Source of the DNA: Octopus sinensis
Taxonomy: Eukaryota
DNA length: 64,000 bases
NCBI RefSeq assembly: GCF_006345805.1
Contig: NC_043004.1
Span: 73,470,001 to 73,534,000, forward strand
Reading direction: 5' to 3'
The position numbers and the translations under genes were made by a program. Below, piece after piece: positions 41,197 through 54,690 of the stretch; within the stretch, counting starts at the first letter, position 1, and every line of letters begins with the position of its first letter. Under the pieces are notes generated by a model, which was not told the origin of the DNA, did not search any database, and saw only the letters and a list, made by a program, of their open reading frames with translations.

Positions 41197-41250
<54 letters not shown>

Positions 41251-41932
41251 TCCTTCCTTATTGTTCTAGTAGTGCTTTCTCCATTGCTTCCATAATCTTC
41301 CTACGTATTTATCGTAAGTGCTTCAGCGTTATGCGGGAAGAAAAAACTGGTCTTGTTCGAGTGACTAATGCTGTGCGCAATCCTTGCAGATTCCTGGTGT
41401 TTGATGATATTTGTTATGCTAATATTCACGAACCACCAATGGTCAGTATAAGGTTGCGTGCATTTGCTTTTAACACGCTTCGGTGCATTAAAAAGTATTC
41501 GCATGCCGAAGTTTGTTGTCGAAGATGAATTTCTCTTTATATATACTTGTACATTGAAGGTAAAATCACACAGAGCCGAGCTTCAGGTAAATCAGCAAAT
41601 TACCAGCCACAGCTACATTTTGGAAGCAATGGGAAAAGCACTATTATCGATAGGGGATAAAACAAATTTATGATAAAATCTGTTTATACACACCTTCATA
41701 CTATTATAGACTATATATCATTCCTTTTGTTTATTTTTATTCCTCATAAATGCAGTCATTACACCTACTCGTTTTTATCTGACATACATACATACATACA
41801 CACATACATACATACATACATACATACATACATACATACATACATACATACATACATACATACATACATACATACATACATGCATACATACATACATACA
41901 TACACACATACATACATACATACATACATATG

Positions 41933-42325
41933 ACTGTTGCCCTGCTGGAACGTTCACGATCTTTCAGGTCAAAATTTTCTGTTGTAAACCTAGCGAACCA
42001 TTTACGAACAATACTTTCAGCTATGACACCATCTTCATAGATAGGCACGTATCTTCTTTGCTGTTTATGTAACGTTTTTTGCCTTTCCGGAAATAAAAAA
42101 AAAAGCATTAAATGACGAAAATTAATTTCAGATTCCTTCATTTTCAATTTTATTGTAAGAACAATAGAAGTAAATAATCCGCACAAAATTCAACTAAAAA
42201 AATGCGTTAAGATCTCTTTCAGAAAATATAGATATGCCATATGTTCTTCTCACGTGATAAAACAGATCACGTGATTAAATATAACCAACTGAAAAACTCG
42301 ATGAACTATTTTTCTAAGGTAATAT
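41933..42325 (-). mobile_element. Mariner 5' fragment (N-terminal HTH region)
   Basis: MKESEINFRHLMLFF..IYEDGVIAESIVRKWFARFTTENFDLKDRERSSR; truncated at a (CATA)n array. Confidence 0.8.
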
Positions 42326-42344
42326 ATATAATTAATAAAAAAAA

Positions 42345-43125
42345 CAACGAAAGAAATACAAGAAAAAAACAACGTGAGGACTTGGTATATGCAAAGTATT
42401 ATCAGACGCTCAGGGAAGGAAAAAAAGTTAGTTTTACGTTTCGAACAAAGCTCTTTTTCAGAAACCGGAGACAGAGGAAAGTCCAAGAGAAAAGGAAGAG
42501 GGAGAACAAAAATCGCCAACAATCCGCATGTAGGCGGTTGGCAGTCAGGCCAAGAAAGAAAGATTATGGCTGGCCGGACACCGGTTACGAGGAAAGAAGG
42601 GAGATGAGTAGGGGGCAGCGAGGTTGAAGGATTAGAAAAAAAATCAGAGGTAAAGAGAAAGGTACAGGGAGATAAACGAGTGGGAAATAGTGGGAGTTAA
42701 AGAAAGAGAGGGAAGGGAAATGTGAGAGAGGGGGAGCGAGAAAAAGGAAGAAAAAGGAGAGGGGGAATAAAAGATAGAGTAAGAGTTGTACAAAAGTTAG
42801 ATACATCCCTACTATAAGGTGAGCACAAGGGTGTACGTACGCCGCTTTATGATACATCTATAAATAAATAAATATAAAAATGGAACAAAAACGCAATAGA
42901 GGACAATAAAAACATTCAGACTGATAGACGATAGAAAGGCAAACAAGAGAAACAACAATTAGAAGGACAGGCAAAAAAAGACGGGTCATTCGTGGCTTTC
43001 TTTCCTCAATCAACTCCCATTAGTTCTCACTCTTTGTCTCTGATTTTTTCCTAATCTTTCAATCTCGCTTCCCCCTACCCATCTTCCCTCCTTCCACGTA
43101 ACCGGTGTCCGGCCAGCCATGATCT
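42345..43125. mobile_element. Penelope-like terminal repeat region with ~100-bp inverted duplication
   Basis: 42561-42662 is inverted at 43024-43125; decayed hammerhead motif at 42431-42465 (-). Confidence 0.65.
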
Positions 43126-44639
43126 GATACGAATGAGCGGTGATTAAATCTGATACGAATGATCTATGATTAAAGGCATTTCCCGCTTGACCAAACTCTT
43201 CTTATTTTTTCGTGGATAGTTTATCTAAGATAATAACTGATGTACCTTCCCTTTTAAACATGGTTGAGACACTTGACTGCTATTTCAGCACCTCGAAAAG
43301 CCTAGCAGGTGCAGTCGTTAGCTTCTGTTCTATATTAGATATATCTATAAATGAGAAGTGCCGAGTAATTCTTGTGTAATTATGTAAGTCTACAAGCATG
43401 ACTAGCACAAGTTAATGTGTCAAGAGAGATATTGCTTTTTAAGTACCCGCACGCGCACATACACACACACACACACCTACAAGGAATGAATTATATAAAT
43501 GATATAAAATAAGCCAGACAAATATATAATATCAATTAATCTATTAGATAAACAAAAAGTGGATATTTATTACATAGATAAATATTCTACATGCAGAATG
43601 GGTAATTTGAAGGCTTATGTTTTTACAAGTAATTGTATAGATATACGCCTTTAATAAAAGTGCGCGCGCGCGTGTGTGTGTATGAGTATGAGTGGGTGTA
43701 GTGAGTTAATGTGTGTAGGTGTGGAATAAATAAACAAGAAATTATAAAGCTGTATCAATGAGACAAATATGTTTATGTATGATTACGATAACTGGATAAA
43801 TAGATATGTTTTTGATGCTACAAATAATCCCAAGAGTGCGCATGCTATTAAAACGTGTTTCTAAACGATACGTACAGTGTATCAAGTGCTGCCGACTGTG
43901 GTCGCTAACACATCAAAATAAATATTTATTTTTTGTTTTTGCACATTTGAAGTTTTTATCTTTGCATTCTTGTAAAGGGTGGGTGCTTCGTAAGAGGCAG
44001 AAGGATAACACATATGCACTTGCTGCAAGTTTTCGGACACCTGTTTCGAAAAAGAGAGAGAAATAAACGACGATGAAGGCTCCTCAAACCGGATGCTTGC
44101 AAAGAAACCGGATTCCTTTGAAGGCAGCGAAGAACCAGGTGATACTGTGCAACCGCGTGACAGATGAAGTCTACCAGTTGAATGGACACGAATATGAATG
44201 TATGTATGGAAAATATATATTAAAAAAATAACCGTTGAGTTGAGTTTCAGTCATATTATAAATGTTTAAGTCGAAAGTAACTTGTTGGCAAAAATGTGTT
44301 GATTGTAATGGTACTTAGTTTGATGAATAAAATTTCCGCATTGTTGAAATATATTGTAATGAATTACATGTTTCAAAACCTTGCTTACTTTTTACTCAGC
44401 CTCATAGTATTTATTATGAAGGTGTTTCAATCACTGGACTGTGGCCATGTAGGGATACGGCAGTAAAGGGTTTAGTTGTTCAACCACACTTTCCATTCAA
44501 ATTTGTTGTCTTTTTCCAATTCTAGAAATCAATATCTGGCAGTATTTAGTAACAGCCACAAACGTTCTGAATTGAAATTCATCAAGTGTCATCTTTACTT
44601 CTTATCTTAACGAGGAACAATAAAGTGAGTACATCTATC

Positions 44640-44780
44640 CCACTTTATCACTGGGTTTTGTTTCAAAAAGCAAAAGACACACAGAAAGATGAATCATTTC
44701 CACGCTGTTTGTAAATGGAACGAATGGTGGATTCATTGACACTAAACTCGCAGCCCATAGCTGCGAGGCCTCTATTGTCA
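44640..44780 (-). mobile_element. pogo/Tigger-like transposase N-terminal HTH fragment
   Basis: AAMGCEFSVNESTIRSIYKQ resembles the Tigger/CENP-B 'VNESTIRSI.K' helix-turn-helix; truncated by a SINE at 44783. Confidence 0.5.
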
Positions 44781-44782
44781 CG

Positions 44783-44945
44783 GCATGGCTGTGTGGTAAG
44801 AAGCTTGCTTCGCAACCACATGGTTCCAAATTCAGTCCTACTGTGTGGCACCTTAGGCGAGTGTCTTCTACTATAGCCTCGAGCCGACCAAAGCCTTGTG
44901 AGCAGATTTGGTAGACAGAAACTGAAAGAAGCCTGTCGTGTGTGC

Positions 44946-45022
<77 letters not shown>

Positions 45023-45308
45023 TATATATATACATATACACACATATATAAACACATGCATACACATATATATATATATTACATATTATATATATGTGTG
45101 TATCTAATTGTGTCTTTGAGTCTGTGTTTGTCCCCATCACCCCTTGACAACCGGTGCTGGTGTGTTTACGTCCTGGTAACTTAGCAGTTCGGCAAAAGAT
45201 CCCGATAGAATAAGTACCGGACTAAAAAAAAAGTAAGTCTTGGGGTCGATTCATTCGATTAAAAATTCGAGGTTGTGCTCCAGCATGACTGCAGTCAAAT
45301 AACTGAAA
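44783..45308 (+). mobile_element. SINE family A
   Basis: Full copy with long (TA)n core. Confidence 0.88.
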
Positions 45309-45329
45309 GAATCTCCCGAAGAAAATATA

Positions 45330-46198
45330 TGTGGTCTGATCAATATGTATACGGACTGGTGCCATTGTAACGAAGCTAAAGCACGTAGAGTGAAGCTGCT
45401 TGGTACAGATTGACCTTGAACCATGCTACGCACGTACACTAAGTTTTAACCTGTTAGCTCACTCTCGCTGTTTACATCAGTGCTTGGAAGGAAGGTGTGT
45501 AGCGTGTGATCGTCGCATTGATCATGACAGAGACAGTTGAGCAGAGAATCTGCATCAAATTTTGCCAGAAGCTTGATAATACTTGCTCAGAGGCCTATGC
45601 AAAGTTTTCAAAAACTTTTCATTGTTCTCGACACAATCAAGGAAATCTTCTGCAACTGAAACCCGAATCTTTTTGGCGAGCTGAAAGCAGTTTTGGCACA
45701 AACTTAGCAGACACGAGTCTCATACACAAATCTTCTGTGATAATGGACTGAACTGAAAGGTAACTAATCTGCACATCCTCTGACAACTCACGGATGGGGA
45801 TTGAACGATTTCTCATCACAGCTGCACGTTTCTCAGTTCTGCTGTTTGAGGGTCTCCCAGAACGTTCGTCAATGACGAAAGTTTTTTGACCATCTTGGAA
45901 ACGTCTGAACCACTCGCATACTTGTGTGCAGCTCATGCACTCCTCTCCATACACTTTATGAAAGTTTGCGTGGGCCCATGAGTAGGTGTCACCAAGACAA
46001 CTTTCTCTGCCATGGCCAATGTGAAAATCACACCTTCCTTGAAGCACTGCTGTAAACAGTTGGAAGTGAGCTAGAATGTCAAAACTTAATGCGCATGCAC
46101 AGCAGAATTGAAGGTCAATCTTTGCACAGCAGCTTTACTCTGCGTGCTTTAGCTTCGTTACTATGGTGACAGTCCGGATACTTATTGATCAGACCGCT
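45330..46198. mobile_element. Mariner-derived element built from two inverted 5' ends (long TIRs)
   Basis: ~120-bp inverted termini (GGTCTGATCAATA.GTAT.CGGACT...). Plus strand MTETVEQRICIKFCQKL; minus strand KVYGEECMSCTQVCEWFRRFQDG..DERSGRPS..LVSAKFVPKLLS. TA at the right flank. Confidence 0.85.
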
Positions 46199-46953
46199 TA
46201 CTCGTCTGTGTCATTTAAGGAGCATACACCTTCGAACTTTATCTGTTCTCGGGTCCCACATAGTACATAAATCCCTATAGAAAATGGGCAGCCTTGCAGT
46301 ATGGCCATGTAAACGGCAGTATGGTCATGGGTAGCTTGAGCATTGAAGGTGGTGGGCTGGGCGCGTTTTTGTCGTAAATGTAGACCCTTCATGAATCCGC
46401 GTCAGAGTAATAGTTCACAATTGAGCGTATCGTGTTATCCCGGATCAGTGATAAACGAAGCTATACATATCAGAAAAATACTGGGTCAATGATATTAATC
46501 GTACCCTTCCACCAGATTCTTTGGCCTTAGTTTCTATGCTGTACACGCCTGGTTACCAAAATCTAAAGGAAGCTGTCACAGCCGTGAACTTGAAAAAAAA
46601 AGAGACAGAAAAAACAAAAATAAAACAAAAATACAAAAAAGCAAGCCCAGCAAATATTTATTTACAAGTCGATCTGTTTCTAACTCAACCACATTAATCA
46701 TTGATCTGATAAAACACATTTGTATAATTATACTTGCTTCAAAAGGAATACATCGAACGCCGAAATGGATTGTTCAGAGGTAAAGCTTCTAGCGGTGCTG
46801 AGACATTCACCTTGTTGCGATGTATGTTGAAGCTATTTGCCTGCAGGTATGTATGTCTCTCTACTCTCTCCTTCCCTCTCTCTCTGTCTCTCTCTCCTGA
46901 ATGTACACACACACACACACACATATATATGCATATATATATATATGTGTGTG

Positions 46954-46990
<37 letters not shown>

Positions 46991-47040
46991 CATACGCACA
47001 CATATACATACGTATATACACACAGATACGTATATTTACG

Positions 47041-47118
<78 letters not shown>

Positions 47119-47189
47119 TAGATATGTAGAGTATGCATGTGTGCACGAATGTGTGTGTATTGAATTATTTTGGGAGAATCATTTTGCCA

Positions 47190-50100
47190 GTCAATATAAA
47201 ATATCAGTTTCAAAACATGGTGTCACATAAAAAATATTCTTCCAAAACAAAATACGATTCTCCGAAGAGGAATTTAAGTATGCTAGATAGCTAGTCGAGA
47301 GACACGGAATAGCTGTAAAGTTGAATACCTCACCTGAGACAATCCAAGCTACGATACGCTGCACAATGACGTACCGTACAATCGGGTTAAAGTCAAGGAG
47401 TGTGGAAAGATCCACAGAGACTCAAATACAACAAGCTTTAGGTTCCGTCTGGAATCTAAAGGAGTATATACAGAAAGGGAGGGTGTATGGAATGGAGTAC
47501 TTTCGATTCCATACCAAGGAAGAAGCCAAACATCACTCTCTGAATCCCCTCAAAAGCGAGGAGCTGTTGCTAGTTCCTTACTACTGTGATCAGAGACTGG
47601 CCAAAATCATAATTCAACAAGTGCCGCCAGAAATAGCCATTCCTTGGCTAATTGCCGCAGGCATGATAGACATCGAAGAAAACTCAAATATCCTCAAAGC
47701 CTGTCAGACTTAAAAGGAGAACTGGTCTGGGATGAGCGAAGAACTTCTCATACAAAACAACAGAAAAGAAAAGAATATGGATCTCATCCCAGACCAGATC
47801 GTTCTTCCTGAAGGAAGCATAATTCCAGTCAGAGTAGAAGGAAGAAAAGCAAAGTGCCCACCTTTGCGTTTCACCTCAGGTTTTAAAAGCCAACTGCCCT
47901 AAACGAAACGAAAAAGAGAGACGGGCACCTCTTCTCCCTACACCAACAACGGCCACCAGAAATCCAGCAACAACGGCAGCAGCACATCACCATCAGCAGA
48001 TTCAGCCGTAGCACCACCTACGCCAACACCAACACCAACAACCATGCCGACACCGAGTTCACCGAAACACTTGTCAGCGCCCGAAGATGTTCCACTTCCC
48101 GATGCAGAGCGGGTGGACGTCACGGCGGGAGAGACGGACCGTGATGAGGACTGGCAGTTAAAAACAAAAACAAAGAGCGTAAAAGAGACAGAAGGAAAAA
48201 TAAACACATGGACGAATAACAACAACAACAACAACAATCCTCATCCACACAAGAAGTGAAAAAAATAAATAATCAAAACAAACGAAAACAAATACGCCCA
48301 AAACAAACACTACATCGACACCACCACCACTAACACCTGAAACTTAAGCAACTACAACAATACTCGCCACCACCACCACCACCACAACAACAACAACAAC
48401 AACAACTACAACAATAATTACCACCACCACCACTACCACTACCACTACTATCCCCTCCCATCCCCCTCCATCACAACAACAATAATCATAACCACCACCA
48501 CCAACACAACAACAACAACAAACACAAATTAAAGACAGTAACGTTACGAACAAAATCGCAATAAACTCCAAAAACGATGAATTAATGAAATATATAATAA
48601 CACGCACAAACATTACAGCAAAAGAGTTTCTCTCCCCCACCCCCACCCCCCTGTCTGCACACATACCAATCTATCAAACAACACAAAACATACACACACA
48701 CTTAAAATCTCAATTCCTTCAGGAAGTTGGAGATTTTCGGGGGAATATCACCAAGAGAATTCTTGGTCATTTGCTGTTGGAAACACCCCACACCAACGGG
48801 GATGGGGGGGGGGTGGAGCGAGCAATCCGCCCCTCCAAACAAAACCAAGTAAGTTTTCGATAACATAGTCGTGTACAAAATAGGAAGCGTGAATGTACGT
48901 CACCCTTGGAAGCGGGGTCACTTGCTCAACGACCTCAGGGAACTGAATGTCGACGTGGTGGCCATTAGCGAAACCAGAATTTCTGACTCACGGGATTTCC
49001 GATCTATTTTGAGGTGTACGCATCTCCAAGTCGTCCGGGAGCGGGAGGCGGAGTCGCCGTGATGGTTCGGAAAAATCAGACGATCTTCCTGGATCCGGAA
49101 GGTAAGTCAGTTGTCCTGGACGTGACAGACAGCGAAGGATACACTTTTAGGTTAGTTGCCGTCTGTGCCCCGGCAGGGGCAGGACGACCAGATTTCTTCA
49201 GACGTCTGGAAACCTTCCTGGGTACGTCCTGCTCTTTAGTGTTAGTGAGGGATTGGAATGGAGTTTTAGACGTAAAGTGGGACTGTGTAGGTTTAGCAGA
49301 TAAGGAGAGGAAGGTGCAAATGCCTCGCAAACCTGCTCCGACGATTCCAACTCTCTGACAAGCATCGACTGGATTTCCTGGATGTGCCAGTGTGGACCTG
49401 GTCAAACTGCATCGAGTCATCTAGATCGCATCTCGATAGAGTATTTTGTAGAGTAACAGATAAGGATATCATCAGTTGTCTACGGTTTAAAGTAGTCGAC
49501 TATACAGACCACAAATTCGTGATCTGTACAGTCGACTTAGATAGGCTTCATAGACGGAACCGGTTACTGGAAACTGAACACGTCATTGCCGGCGCGAGAG
49601 ATTTCAGAAACCGGATTAGTGAACTAGTTAAGAGAGGGTTGACGGGAGCAATAATCAACAACAAATGGTGGGTCGCCCTTAAAAGGGCGGTTAGAATAGA
49701 ACCGATAAGTTTTAACAAAGGACTAGCAGTAGAATGAAACGAAGTAGAAACAGAGCTAGTCAAGAAGTTACACGAAGCTTTTAGAAAAGGCATCACGATC
49801 GACGTGCTCGCAGCAAGATCGGCTCTCAACCAATTCTTCAACGTGAAGCACGAAAGATCCGTTGTCAGAGTTAAGGCACAAGCACTTAGACACGAAGGGA
49901 CGAAAACCGTTCAATGGGTCTGCGTGGCAATAAATCCACGATCCGATCCTTGCCGAACCACGAAGGGCAAGTGATAACTGATACGGGACAGTTGTCGTGC
50001 TTTGTCCAGGCCACTGTCTGATTACGCTGGAGCGTATACTCTTCCGCTTCTTGTGGAAGGGGCGTGTCCCGATAGTCAAGTGGTCTATCTGCTGTCAGCA

Positions 50101-51009
50101 TCCGCCGCGTGGTGGTCTTGGTATGCCGTAGTGGATGATGTGCAGGCATGCCCTAAGGCTACGACATCTCCAGTGCTTCCTTGACGGTGAACAGTGCTTC
50201 CTTGACCGTTCGCCAAACAAATATTTCCGCAGCTAGTTTCTTTAACAGAACTGCAGTCCTGCGTAAAATAGAGACCAAGGGTGACGCATTTGGTAAATGG
50301 AATGTCTTCAAGCTCTCATAGTCCTCAGCCAATTGGAGAGTGCGATAAGTGGAACGTCCACTTTAGCATTTTATAGAGGATTAATGGAGGAAGAGTGCGA
50401 CGACGTTTTGGGGGAGACCTTGGGCATCGAGAAGATCAGTCAGTTGCTCTTTTCCAGAGAACTTTCAGCCTTCCTTTAAACGGGAAAGAAAGGCTGTTTT
50501 TATATTCCTGGTGGCCATGGCGAAAAAAATTGTGTTGGTGGACGAAATTGAAGGGGCTGAAGACAAACACTTTTCTCTTTGGAAAATCTCTGATGAACTT
50601 CTTCAAGTTTCACTTGAAAGGGAAATTAAGGGTAGAGAGGGAAGCGGTGTCTTCGAGTCAATTTGCTGAAAGGAGGGGGAAAGTAGCGAGAATGGTACGC
50701 GTGAACGGGCCTGCCTTCAGCGTACACCTGTAGTTGGAAAAAGGAAATGAAAAAAGGCACCCGCTCCAAGTATCAGGACAACCATGGTTTTTATGGGGTT
50801 TTTCTATGAGCAGGCCTCGAACGTCTCCTCCCTTTTGTGGATTACACATTGTTGATTCTCTCTTTTTTTTTTTCTTAATTTTATTCGTCTTGTTTACATG
50901 CAAAACCCTCACGACTACACACACTCACACACATAGACACACATTTTTTTGTTTTGTCATGTGCTGTCCACAATGTTTTTCTTCGTGTAAACCCTTGTAG
51001 TAAATAAAG

Positions 51010-51012
<3 letters not shown>
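47190..51012 (+). mobile_element. Decayed L1/Tx1-clade non-LTR retrotransposon (ORF1, APE endonuclease, C-terminal region, 3' UTR; RT domain missing)
   Basis: ORF1 remnant ~47220-48260 ends in a frameshifted zinc-knuckle-like C-x2-C...C after VRVEGRKAK. ORF2 APE motifs: KIGSVNVR, DVVAISETR, GGGVAVMVRK, LVLVRDWNGVLD, WTWSN..SHLDRVF, YTDHKFV, GYWKLN. Ends AATAAAGAAAT followed by (CAT)n/(TAT)n. Multiple stops and frameshifts; 5' boundary approximate. Confidence 0.88.
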
Positions 51013-51043
<31 letters not shown>

Positions 51044-51061
51044 TATTATTATTATTATTAA

Positions 51062-51104
<43 letters not shown>

Positions 51105-51240
51105 ATTATTATTATTATTATTATTGAGGCGTGATATACCCCAGACTGCATAAGCGTACTTTTTTTTATGAAAGTAGGTTGTGAAGAAAAATAGACCTGT
51201 TATTTCTAGCCAATGTAAAGACTACAATTACTGGTTTTAA

Positions 51241-51561
51241 AGACTCCGCCGGTTACGACGACGAGGGTCCCAGCTGATACGATCAACGGAACAGCTTGCT
51301 CGTGAAATTAACGTGCAAATGGCTGAGCATTCCACAGACACGTGTACCCTTAACGTAGTTCTCGGGGAAAATCAGCGTGACACAGAGAGTGACAAGGCTG
51401 ACCCTTTGAAAATACAAGTACAACTCATTTTTGCCAGCTGAGTGGACTGGAGCAACGTGAAATAAAGTGTCTTGCTCAGGGACACAACGCGTCGCCGGGA
51501 ATCGAACTCACAACCTTACGATCATGAGCCGAATGCCCTAACCACTAAGCCACGCGCCCTC
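51241..51561 (-). mobile_element. SINE family C with 17-bp TSD ACAATTACTGGTTTTAA
   Basis: GGCGCGTGGCTTAGTGG..GAGTTCGATTCCC head; TSD at 51224-51240 and 51562-51578. Confidence 0.93.
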
Positions 51562-52163
51562 ACAATTACTGGTTTTAATTACTGGTTCATTTGTAGTATT
51601 AGTTGTCAGATAAATTTGTTCGTCTTTTTTTTTTTTTAAATCATTTTTATATTAATTCTTTCCAATGTTATAAATAAGTAATATTTCTATTGCAGTCTTA
51701 TTTCTTTATTGATTTTGTGCTTCTATTCTTCCTCTACAACTTTTGTTTTTCCTCTTTGAAATTTGAATAAATCTTGCCTCTTTTTAGACATATGACAATA
51801 GAGAGTTAAATAGAAAAAAAAATTTACAAAAACGAATGAAGTTATCTGACAAATTGATAGTAATTGCTTGTGATATCTAACTCTAGGTGTCGATGAAATT
51901 CACTTACTCATTACCCAAAGTTTCACTTACTCCCTACCCAAGGCCTTGTGCCTTTAGTAGAAAGGTTATTTTGCACTAGATCACCCAAATCCAGCAGACT
52001 AGTGATCAAATCAAACACATTCCAGGACTAAATTATCCAGTGTGTCCTTTTTAAGGCAGTAGTCGCTATATCTAGCATGCTGAGTAACCACGCAGAGGCT
52101 CCCGGACTTCTTCAGCGTATCATTCATCCTGTATAATAGATATGTTTTTCCTCAACTGGGGTG

Positions 52164-52370
52164 TGGAGGCACATAATCTAATGGTTAGAGCAGTGGACTC
52201 GCGGTTGAGGGATCGCGGGTTCGAATCTCAGACCTGGCGATATGTGTGTTTATGAGCGAAACATCTAAGCTCCACGGGGCTCCAGCAGAAGGTAATGTCG
52301 AAACTTCTGCAGACTCTTTCGCCACAATTTTCTCTCACTCTTTCCTCCTGCATCTGGCAGCGCTCACCTG
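52164..52370 (+). mobile_element. SINE family D, 3'-truncated
   Basis: Matches the 6702-6995 copy. Confidence 0.85.
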
Positions 52371-52419
52371 AATATCATCTAGATGAAATTCCCTTGCGAT
52401 ATATTCATACATAAATACA

Positions 52420-52494
<75 letters not shown>

Positions 52495-53672
52495 ACTAAA
52501 TGATAGATGGATATGTTTTATTAAGTCTGCAATGCTCTACAGTAAGAAAAAGATTTACGTAGTCTGACGAAGCTTGACGGAGCTTGACGGATCATAAAGC
52601 TTAAAGTCGGTTTTTTAAAACTCTTGGGGTATCATAAGGTTCTGCTTGTTATGTATCAGTCACGCCCTGGAAAGGATTTCAAATCTGTTATTGAGAAAAG
52701 AATAAATAACGTCAGAATTTTAAAATTTATTATTCCCTTCTTAAATAGTGGGAATAATTTAGAAGATTTGGCTGCTACTTCTAACAGATCGAGTAAATTT
52801 CTACAGATTCCTTTCTTAGCTCGTGGCACGCCCATACGCATGAAACTGAAGCCTTGAGAGTATCAAGGGGATATATATCAATATGCAATATATACAGTTG
52901 AGAGCATATAGGTGTGTGTGTGTGAGTGGGTGTGTGCGTGCGTGCGTGCGTGCGTGTGTTGGGGCCCATATATGTGTATCAAGGTGTCTGTCTTTTTTCG
53001 TGTTGATTGCCAGCGGAATGTGTGTGTGTGTGTGTAATAGTATATGTATGGGATTGTGTATGGGTGTGTAATTGTGTGTGTCTGTATGTGATTGTGTACG
53101 ATTCCACGCGCTCAATGTGGGTGTGTATCTTTGATAAATTTCATTTCAGAACGAAGTGTATGGAATATCAAAGCATTTCCGATTTGACTGCATTTAGATA
53201 CATTTCTTTCCATCCATGAATGTATATATGTATTTAACATATAACGAGTGTGGGTGTGTCTGTCTAAGTAAGGCAGGCTTATAGACGTCATCAGAGATGC
53301 CACACACACACAGACTCACATGCACACACAGAGGCACAGGGAAGTTGGCAACTATGCATCATATTGCATCTCTGCTTGCAGGGAGTGTCGAAGAAGTGTG
53401 CGTGAGAAGGCGAACATACAAAGGTTCAGTAAAGCAATATTGTGACACCTACTGCAAGAGACGCCCATCATCATCGTCCCCTCTATACAGAAGACTACAA
53501 GCCTCTAATAAGTCCCAAAATACACATCCGTGATGCTCATGTTCAATCAAGCAATGACATTACTGGAAATTAAGTTGTAGCCATGGTGTATGTACATACA
53601 TACGTACGTATGTATGTACGTATGTATGTATGTATGTATGTATGTATGTATGTTCGTATGTTCGTATGTATG

Positions 53673-53703
<31 letters not shown>

Positions 53704-53828
53704 TTATTTAGTTTTATCTCAAGATATCTTGCCAATAGAGAAAAAACCGGTTTCTAACCTAGATCTAAGGTTTCTTCATTGGAATTTCAATATCAACTAC
53801 ACGGTATGTATGTATGAATGTATGTGTG

Positions 53829-53862
<34 letters not shown>

Positions 53863-53881
53863 TGTATGTATGTATGTATAC

Positions 53882-54378
53882 GTGCAGATTTGTATGTTTC
53901 GCTTTATGTATGTATTCTCATGCATAAAGTTACATGTTGAGACAAGCTCATATATTCTTGAACAATAAAATTCTGGAAAGTTTTACAGATTTGTACATTT
54001 CCAGTAATGGCTTGCATCTGTAGTCTTCGAATCAGCTTTCTCCTTTCAGTTTTCAGAAGCCTAATTTCTCAATAATGGTGTTTAGGCAGTGTTATATATC
54101 CCAGAAAGCGCGTGGCTTAGTGGTTAGGGCATTCGACCCACGATTGTAATGTCGTGAGCAAGACACTTTATTTCACGTTGCTGGCAAAAATGAGTTGTAC
54201 CTGAATTAAAAGGGCCAGCCTTGTCACACTCTGTGTCACGCTGAATCCCCCTGAGAACTACGTTAGGGGTACGCATGTCTGTGGATTGCTCAGTCACTTG
54301 CACGTTAATTTCACGAGCAGGCTGTTCCGTTGATCGTATCACAGCTGGGACCCTCGTCGTCGTAACCGACGGAGTGCT

Positions 54379-54424
<46 letters not shown>

Positions 54425-54690
54425 AGTGCTCCAATAATTACAGGTATAAACCTGAACTTGTAATCTGGATAGAGTAGCTGTAAATTTCTCAATAGTTCAG
54501 CGTAGTTATCTACTTTTTCGCTGATCAACATCCGCTGGGCATCTAATTTCCACAACTGTGCACAGTTTCTCTTCTCTATCCCAAATTACTACGTCAGGTC
54601 TATTGTGTTTACATTTTATTGAGGTTTTCACTGGGACATTCCACCAATACTCCTCTTTATTATGAGTGGCTATGGCTTCTACTATACTGT
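53882..54690 (-). mobile_element. Second RLE-type non-LTR retrotransposon 3' fragment, split by a SINE
   Basis: Minus translation EYWWNVPVKTSIKCKHNRPDVVIWDREEKLCTVVEIRCPAD / EKVDNYAELLRNLQLLYPDYKFRFIPVIIGALGY, resuming after the SINE with ..KLIRRLQMQAITGNVQICKTF. Flanked on both sides by (TATG)n. Confidence 0.82.
54105..54380 (+). mobile_element. SINE family C inserted in RLE LINE
   Basis: Same family, internally deleted; TSD TATATATCCCAG. Confidence 0.9.

Noticed and set aside
51490-51560. tRNA-like sequences (also at 6920-6995, 52165-52235, 57070-57143)
   Set aside because: SINE heads continuing into SINE bodies, some with TSDs; acceptor stems not intact.
52563-52610. CTGACGA-AGCTT...AAGCT-TAAA hammerhead-like motif
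   Set aside because: Lacks GAAA and a convincing stem I; too weak to call.
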